A stretch of 64,000 bases of DNA from the human T2T-CHM13v2.0 reference genome, Homo sapiens, in assembly GCF_009914755.1 (NCBI RefSeq), contig NC_060948.1; one strand, 5' to 3'. Below, in pieces: positions 57,101-64,000 of the stretch. The first letter of the stretch is position 1. Each line of letters opens with the position of its first letter. Position numbers and translations under genes: made by a program. The notes under the pieces were generated by a model that was not told the origin of the DNA, did not search any database, and saw only the letters and a program-made list of their open reading frames with translations.

Positions 57101-60100
57101 AACTAATGGACTGGAATAGAATGGACTCGACTGGTACGGACTCCAATGGAATGGAATCGAATGGAAGGGAATCGAACGGAATGGACTCGAAGGGAAAAGA
57201 CTGCAATGGAAAGGTCTCGAATGGAATGGAAATTAATGGAATGGAATGGAATCGAATGAAATGGAGTCAAAAGGAATGGAATCGAATGGCAAGAAATCGA
57301 ATGTAATGGAATCGCAAGGAATTGATGTGAACGGAACGGAATGGAATGGAATCCAAAGGAATGGAATAGAATGGAATGGAATCGAATGGAAAGGACTCGA
57401 ATGGAAATCACTCGAATAGAATGCAATTTAATAAAATAGGATCAAATGTAATGGAATGGAATGGAAAGGAATCGAAACGAAAGGAATGGAGACAGATGGA
57501 ATGGAATGGAACAGAGAGCAATGGTATAGAATGGAATGGAATCATCTGGAATGGAATTGAATGGAATGGAATAATATGAAATGGAATGGAATGGAATGGA
57601 ATGGAATGTCCTTGAATTAAATGGACTGGAATGGAATGGACTCGAACAGAGTGGAATGGAAAGTGTTGAGATAGAATGGAATGGACTCCTTTGGAATGGT
57701 GTAGTATGCAATGCAATCGACTGGCAGGGAATCAAAAGGAATGTAATGGAATGGATTGGACTGGAATGCAATGGACTCGAATAGATTGGAAACGGAATGC
57801 AAAGGAATGGAATGGAATAGTATGGAATGGAATGGAAAGGAATGGAGTGGAATAGACTAGAGTGGAATGGAATGGACTGGAAAGCAATGGACTGGAATGG
57901 AACTTTCTTGAATGGACTGGAATCAAACGGAATGGAATGCAATGCAATCAAATGGCATGGAATAAAATAGAATGAAAGAGAATCAAATGGAATTGAATCG
58001 AATGGAATCGAATGGATTGGAAAGGAATAGAATGGAATGGAATGGAATTGACTCAAATGGAATGGACTAGAATGGAATGGATTCGAATGGAAGGCAAAGG
58101 AATGGAATCTATTGGAATGGACTGTAATGGAATGGAATGGAAGGGATTGGAATGGACTCGAATGGAATGGACTGCAATAGAAAGGATTCGAATGGAATGA
58201 AAAAGAATTGAATGGAATAGAACAGAATGGAATCAAATCGAATGAAATGGAATGGAATAGAAAGGAATGGAATGAAATGGAATGGAAAGGATTCGAATGG
58301 AATGCAATCGAATGGAATGGAATCGAACGGAATGGAATAAAATGGAAGAAAACTGGCAAGAAATGGAATCGAAATGAATGGAGTGTTATGGAACGGACTC
58401 AAAAGGAATTGAATGTAATAGAATGGAGTGGAGTGGACTCGAATATAATGGACTGGACTGGAATGAAATCACAAGGAATGGGAACGAATGGAATGGAATG
58501 GAAAGGAATGGAATCGAATGGAAAGGAATCGAATGGAAGGGAATGAAGTTGAATCAACAGGAATGGAAGGGAATAGAATAGACGGTAATGGAATGGACTC
58601 GAATAGAATGGACACGAATGCTCAAATTGAATGGACTCGAATGGAATGGAAACGAAAGGAATGTCATCGAATGGAATTGAATGGATTGGAATGAAATCGC
58701 ATAGAATGGAGTGGAATCAAATGGAATTGAATCGAAAGGAAAGGAAGCGAATGGACTGAAATGAAATGGAATGGAATTGAATGGAAAGTAATGCAATGGA
58801 ATAGAATGGAACGAAATTTCACGGAATGGAATCAAACTGAATGGAATCAAATCAATGGAATCAAATCAAATGGAATGGAAAGGAATTGAATGGAGTAGAT
58901 TGGATTGGATGGGATTGGAATGAAATGTACTGGAAAGGACTCGAATTTCATGAAACGGAATGGAATGAATTGGAACGGAATGGACTCGAATGGAATGGAA
59001 TGTCATGGAATGGCATCAAATGGAATGGCATCAAATGGAATGGAATCGAATGCAATGGAATGCTATGGAATGGAATGGAATGCATTGGAATGGAATGTCC
59101 TCTAATGGAATGGATTCGAGTGGAATGGAATCGAATATAATGGAGTCGAATGAAATGGAATTGAAAGGAATGGGATCGAATACAATGGAATATACTGGAA
59201 TGTAATGTAATGAACTCGAATGTAATTGACTGGAATGGAATGTACATGAATGGAATGTAATCGAATGGAAAGTAATCCAATGGAATAGAATCTAATGCAA
59301 TAAAACCGACTCAGATAGAGTAGAATGTAATGGAATGGAGTGCAGTGCAATGGAATGGAATGGAATGGAATGCAATGGAATGGAATGGAATGGAATGGAA
59401 TGGAATGGGATGGAATGGGATGGAATGGGATGGAATGGATAGTAATGGACTGGAGTGAAATGGACTGGAAAGGAATGGACTCAAATTGAAAGGGCTCGAA
59501 AGGAATGGAGTCAAATGGAATGGTCTGGAATGGAATGAACACGAATGTAATGCAATCCAATAGAATGGAATCGAATGGCATGGAATATAAAGAAATGGAA
59601 TCGAAGAGAATGGAAACAAATGGAATGGAATTGAATGGAATGGAATTGAATGGAATGGGAACGAATGGAGTGAAATTGTATGCAGTAGAAGGGAATAGAA
59701 TGGAATGCAAGCGAAAGGAAAGGAATGGATTGGAATGGAATGGAATTCATTGGAATGGAAGGGAATGTAGTGTAATGGACAGGCCTGGAATAAAGTGGAA
59801 TGCTACGGTCTCGAATGGAATAAAAATGTATGGAATGGAATGCAATGAAACGGAATCGAATGTCATAGAATGTAATGGAATGCAAAAAAATGGAATCCAA
59901 AATCATTGACTGGAAAGGCTGGGTGTCGAAAGGAATTGACTCCAATGGAATGGAATCGAATGGAATGGAAGTGAATAGAATCGAACTAAATCGAATGGAA
60001 TGGAATTGATAGGAACGGAATGGAAAGGAATGCAATGATTTGGCACGGAATGGAATCGAATGGCATCGAATGGAATGGAATGGAATGCAATGGAATGGAA

Positions 60101-63100
60101 TGCATTAGAATGTAATGAACTTTAATGGAATGTACTCGAATGGATTCGACTGGAATGGAATGTTCTGGAAGTGAATGGACTCCAATGGAATGGATTCCAA
60201 AGGAATGGAATCGTACGGAATGGAATCTAATGGAATGGAATTAAATGGAAATGAATCAAATTGAATAGCACGGAATTGAATTGAATGGAATGGAATGCAA
60301 TGGAATCTAATGAAACGGAAAGGAAAGGAATGGAATGGAATGGAATGGGCTGGAATGGAAAGGAATCGAAACGAATGGAATGGAATCGAACTGAAGAGAC
60401 TGGAATGGAATGCACTGGAATGGAAGGGAGTGTAATGGAAGGTTCTCGAAAAAAATGGAATCGAATGGAATGGAATTGAATGGAACGGAATAGAGTCGAA
60501 TGGAATTGAATGGAATGGAATGGACTAGAGTGAAATGGAATCGAACCACAAGGAATGGACAGGAATAGAATGGTCTCGAATTGAATGGAATCGTATGGAA
60601 TGGCATCAAACGGAATGGAATGGACAGCCACGGAATGGAATGCACTCGAATGCAATGGAGTCGAAACTAATGGACTGGAATAGAATGGACTCGACTGGTA
60701 CGGACTCCAATGGAATGGAATCGAATGGAAGGGAATCGAACGGAATGGACTCGAAGGGAAAAGACTGCAATGGAAAGGTCTCGAATGGAATGGAAATTAA
60801 TGGAATGGAATGGAATCGAATGAAATGGAGTCAAAAGGAATGGAATCGAATGGCAAGAAATCGAATGTAATGGAATCGCAAGGAATTGATGTGAGCGGAA
60901 CGGAATGGAATGGAATCCAAAGGAATGGAATAGAATGGAATGGAATCGAATGGAAAGGACTTGAATGGAAATCACTCGAATAGAATGCAATTTAATAAAA
61001 TAGGATCAAATGTAATGGAATGGAATGGAAAGGAATCGAAACGAAAGGAATGGAGACAGATGGAATGGAATGGAACAGAGAGCAATGGTATAGAATGGAA
61101 TGGAATCATCTGGAATGGAATTGAATGGAATGGAATAATATGAAATGGAATGGAATGGAATGGAATGGAATGCCCTTGAATTAAATGGACTGGAATGGAA
61201 TGGACTCGAACAGAGTGGAATGGAAAGTGTTGAGATAGAATGGAATGGACTCCTTTGGAATGGTGTAGTATGCAATGCAATCGACTGGCAGGGAATCAAA
61301 AGGAATGTAATGGAAGGGATTGGACTGGAATGCAATGGACTCGAATAGATTGGAAACGGAATGCAAAGGAATGGAATGGAATAGTATGGAATGGAATGGA
61401 AAGGAATGGAGTGGAATAGACTAGAGTGGAATGGAATGGACTGGAAAGCAATGGACTGGAATGGAACTTTCTTGAATGGACTGGAATCAAACGGAATGGA
61501 ATGCAATGCAATCAAATGGCATGGAATAAAATAGAATGAAAGAGAATCAAATGGAATTGAATCGAATGGAATCGAATGGATTGGAAAGGAATAGAATGGA
61601 ATGGAATGGAATGGACTAGAATGGAATGGATTCGAATGGAAGGCAAAGGAATGGAATCTATTGGAATGGACTGTAATGGAATGGAATGGAAGGGATTGGA
61701 ATGGACTCGAATGGAATGGACTGCAATAGAAAGGATTCGAATGGAATGAAAAAGAATTGAATGGAATAGAACAGAATGGAATCAAATCGAATGAAATGGA
61801 ATGGAATAGAAAGGAATGGAATGAAATGGAATGGAAAGGATTCGAATGGAATGCAATCGAATGGAATGGAATCGAACGGAATGGAATAAAATGGAAGAAA
61901 ACTGGCAAGAAATGGAATCGAAATGAATGGAGTGTTATGGAACGGACTCAAAAGGAATTGAATGTAATAGAATGGAGTGGAGTGGACTCGAATATAATGG
62001 ACTGGAATGGAATGAAATCACATGGAATGGGAACGAATGGAATGGAATGGAAAGGAATGGAATCGAATGGAAAGGAATCGAATGGAAGGGAATGAAATTG
62101 AATCAACAGGAATGGAAGGGAATAGAATAGACGGTAATGGAATGGACTCGAATAGAATGGACACGAATGCTCAAATTGAATGGACTCCAATGGAATGGAA
62201 ACGAAAGGAATGTCATCGAATAGAATTGAATCGACTGGAATGAAATCGCAAGAATGGAGTGGAATCAAATGGAATTGAATCGAAAGGAAAGGAAGCGAAT
62301 GGACTGAAATGAAATGGAATGGAATTGAATGGAAAGTAATGCAATGGAATAGAATGGAACGAAATTTCACGGAATGGAATCAAACTGAAAGGAATCAAAT
62401 CAATGGAATCTAATCAAATGGAATGGAAGGGAATTGAATGGAGTAGATTGGATTGGATGGGATTGGAGTGAAATGTACTGGAAAGGACTCGAATTTCATG
62501 AAACGGAATGGAATGAATTGGAACGGAATGGACTCGAATGGAATGGAATGTCATGGAATGGCATCAAATGGAATGGCATCAAATGGAATGGAATCGAATG
62601 CAATGGAATGCTATGGAATGGAATGGAATGCATTGGAATGGAATGTCCTCTAATGGAATGGATTCGAGTGGAATGGAATCGAATATAATGGAGTCGAATG
62701 AAATGGAATTGAAAGGAATGGGATCGAATACAATGGAATATGCTGGAATGTAATGTAATGAACTCGAATGTAATTGACTGGAATGGAATGTACATGAATG
62801 GAATGTAATCGAATGGAAAGTAATCCAATGGAATAGAATCTAATGCAATAAAATCGACTCAGATAGAGTAGAATGTAATGGAATGGAGTGCAGTACAATG
62901 GAATGGAATGGAATGCAATGGAATGGAATGGAATGGAATGGAATGGAATGGAATGGAATGGGATGGAATGGGATGGAATGGTATGGAGTGGATAGTAATG
63001 GACTGGAGTGAAATGGACTGGAAAGGAATGGACTCAAATTGAAAGGGCTCGAAAGGAATGGAGTCAAATGGAATGGTCTGGAATGGAATGAACACGAATG

Positions 63101-64000
63101 TAATGCAATCCAATAGAATGGAATCGAATGGCATGGAATATAAAGAAATGGAATCGAAGAGAATGGAAACAAATGGAATGGAATTGAATGGAATGGAATT
63201 GAATGGGATGGGAACGAATGGAGTGAAATTGTATGCAGTAGAAGGGAATAGAATGGAATGCAAGCGAAAGGAAAGGAATGGATTGGAATGGAATGGAATT
63301 CATTGGAATGGAAGGGAATGTAGTGTAATGGACAGGCCTGGAATAAAGTGGAATGCTACGGTCTCGAATGGAATAAAAATGTATGGAATGGAATGCAATG
63401 AAACGGAATCGAATGTCATAGAATGTAATGGAATGCAAAAAAATGGAATCCAAAATCATTGACTGGAAAGGCTGGGTGTCGAAAGGAATTGACTCCAATG
63501 ATATGGAATCGAATGGAATGGAAGTGAATAGAATCGAACTAAATCGAATGGAATGGAATTGATAGGAACGGAATGGAAAGGAATGCAATGAATTGGCATG
63601 GAATGGAATCGAATGGCATCGAATGGAATGGAATGGAATGCAATGGAATGGAATGTATTAGAATGTAATGAACTTTAATGGAATGTACTCGAATGGATTC
63701 GACTGGAATGGAATGTTCTGGAAGTGAATGGACTCCAATGGAATGGATTCAAAAGGAATGGAATCGTACGGAATGGAATCTAATGGAATGGAATTAAATG
63801 GAAATGAATCAAATTGAATAGCACGGAATTGAATTGAATGGAATTGAATGCAATGGAATCTAATGAAACGGAAAGGAAAGGAATGGAATGGAATGGAATG
63901 GGCTGGAATGGAAAGGAATCGAAACGAATGGAGTGGAATCGAACTGAAGAGACTGGAATGGAATGCACTGGAATGGAAGGGAGTGTAATGGAAGGTTCTC
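36150..64000 (+). repeat. Right-hand domain of alternating X/Y monomer types (incipient ~7.1 kb dimer higher-order repeat)
   Basis: All eight units carry GTAGAAGGGAAT (vs GTAGAAGAGAAT to the left). X marker CGCAAGAAT at 37309, 44461, 51573, 62247; Y marker GAAATCACAAGG at ~40639, 47781, 54898, 58470. Confidence 0.85.
41546..41595 (+). repeat. Pure (GGAAT)10 run, longest allele of an intra-unit length-variable tract
   Basis: Counted directly; the equivalent tract has 3 copies at ~2564, 5 at 6078 and 9 at 16700. Confidence 0.85.

Larger units (their letters stand above)
2944..63334 (+). repeat. 17 complete DYZ1 monomers delimited by the HaeIII (GGCC) landmark, plus partial units at both window ends
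   Basis: GGCC landmark positions: 2944, 6468, 10022 (mutated to GGGC), 13556, 17100, 20648, 24202, 27751, 31275, 34819, 38387, 41961, 45544, 49093, 52661, 56210, 59782, 63335. Spacings are 3524-3583 bp. A GAATTC lies 39 bp upstream of each (e.g. 2905). Confidence 0.95.
1..64000 (+). repeat. DYZ1: Human satellite 3 (HSat3 / satellite III) array, DYZ1 family of Yq12 heterochromatin; GGAAT-rich strand is +; array runs off both window ends
   Basis: Seen: degenerate GGAAT pentamers end to end with a ~3.55 kb period. Anchor ORF 'MPVFFHF' starts at 1546, 5075, 8629, 12138, 15682, 19240, 22779, 26343, 29887, 33411, 36970, 40528, 44122, 47670, 51234, 54787, 58359, 61908 (mean spacing ~3,551; two intervals are 3,564). 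Established: the canonical DYZ1 unit is 3,564 bp and is released as a ~3.4-3.5 kb HaeIII/EcoRI fragment. The GGAAT satellite call is certain; the DYZ1 assignment rests on recalled reference properties. Confidence 0.96.

Noticed and set aside
57088-57103. Transposon target-site duplication or excision footprint
   Set aside because: There is no element, terminal repeat or poly(A) tail; simple slippage or repair explains it.
209-63968. Hundreds of ORFs of 60-323 aa on both strands, including the recurrent ~305 aa 'MPVFFHF' ORF
   Set aside because: They are translations of (GGAAT)n = MEWNG and (ATTCC)n = HSIPF, which contain no stop codon in any frame. They recur with the unit, are freely frameshifted by 5-bp indels and show no domain-like content.
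1-64000. CRISPR-like or other repeat-spacer system
   Set aside because: There are no unique spacers; the less regular stretches are diverged pentamers repeated in every unit, and there are no associated genes.
1-64000. DYZ2 (AT-rich/Alu) block, Alu or L1 insertion, or strand inversion
   Set aside because: These are known elsewhere in Yq12, but here I found no non-GGAAT segment and no switch to an ATTCC-rich + strand.
1-64000. HSat2 or an autosomal HSat3 subfamily
   Set aside because: It lacks the HSat2 26-bp GAATCATCGAATG/CATTCGATTC-type dominance and the ~1.8 kb period; the 3.55 kb period and landmark sites fit DYZ1.

Overview
The whole 64 kb window is one uninterrupted, single-orientation array of human satellite 3, built from degenerate (GGAAT)n pentamers and organised as about 18 tandem copies of a ~3.55 kb unit. 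Unit length (two anchor-to-anchor intervals are exactly 3,564 bp), the single HaeIII/StuI and EcoRI landmark per unit, and matches to the classic Y-sexing primer sites (recalled from memory) identify it as DYZ1 (HSat3) of Yq12 heterochromatin. There are no genes, RNAs, Alu/L1 elements, DYZ2 blocks or inversions; every ORF in the track is a translation of the pentamer (MEWNG / HSIPF). The structure worth a second look is: (1) three perfect heat-shock elements (nGAAnnTTCnnGAAn) per unit, about 50 in the window; (2) a fixed set of four pentamer register shifts that keeps unit length at 4 mod 5; (3) nested higher-order structure read from shared variants, namely a 5-unit (17.7 kb) duplication, two local subfamily runs, and a right-hand domain with an X-Y-X-Y-X-Y-Y-X pattern carrying 2-, 3- and 4-unit periodicities. 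I see no evidence of a novel protein-coding system. All counts and offsets were read by eye and need confirming by alignment.
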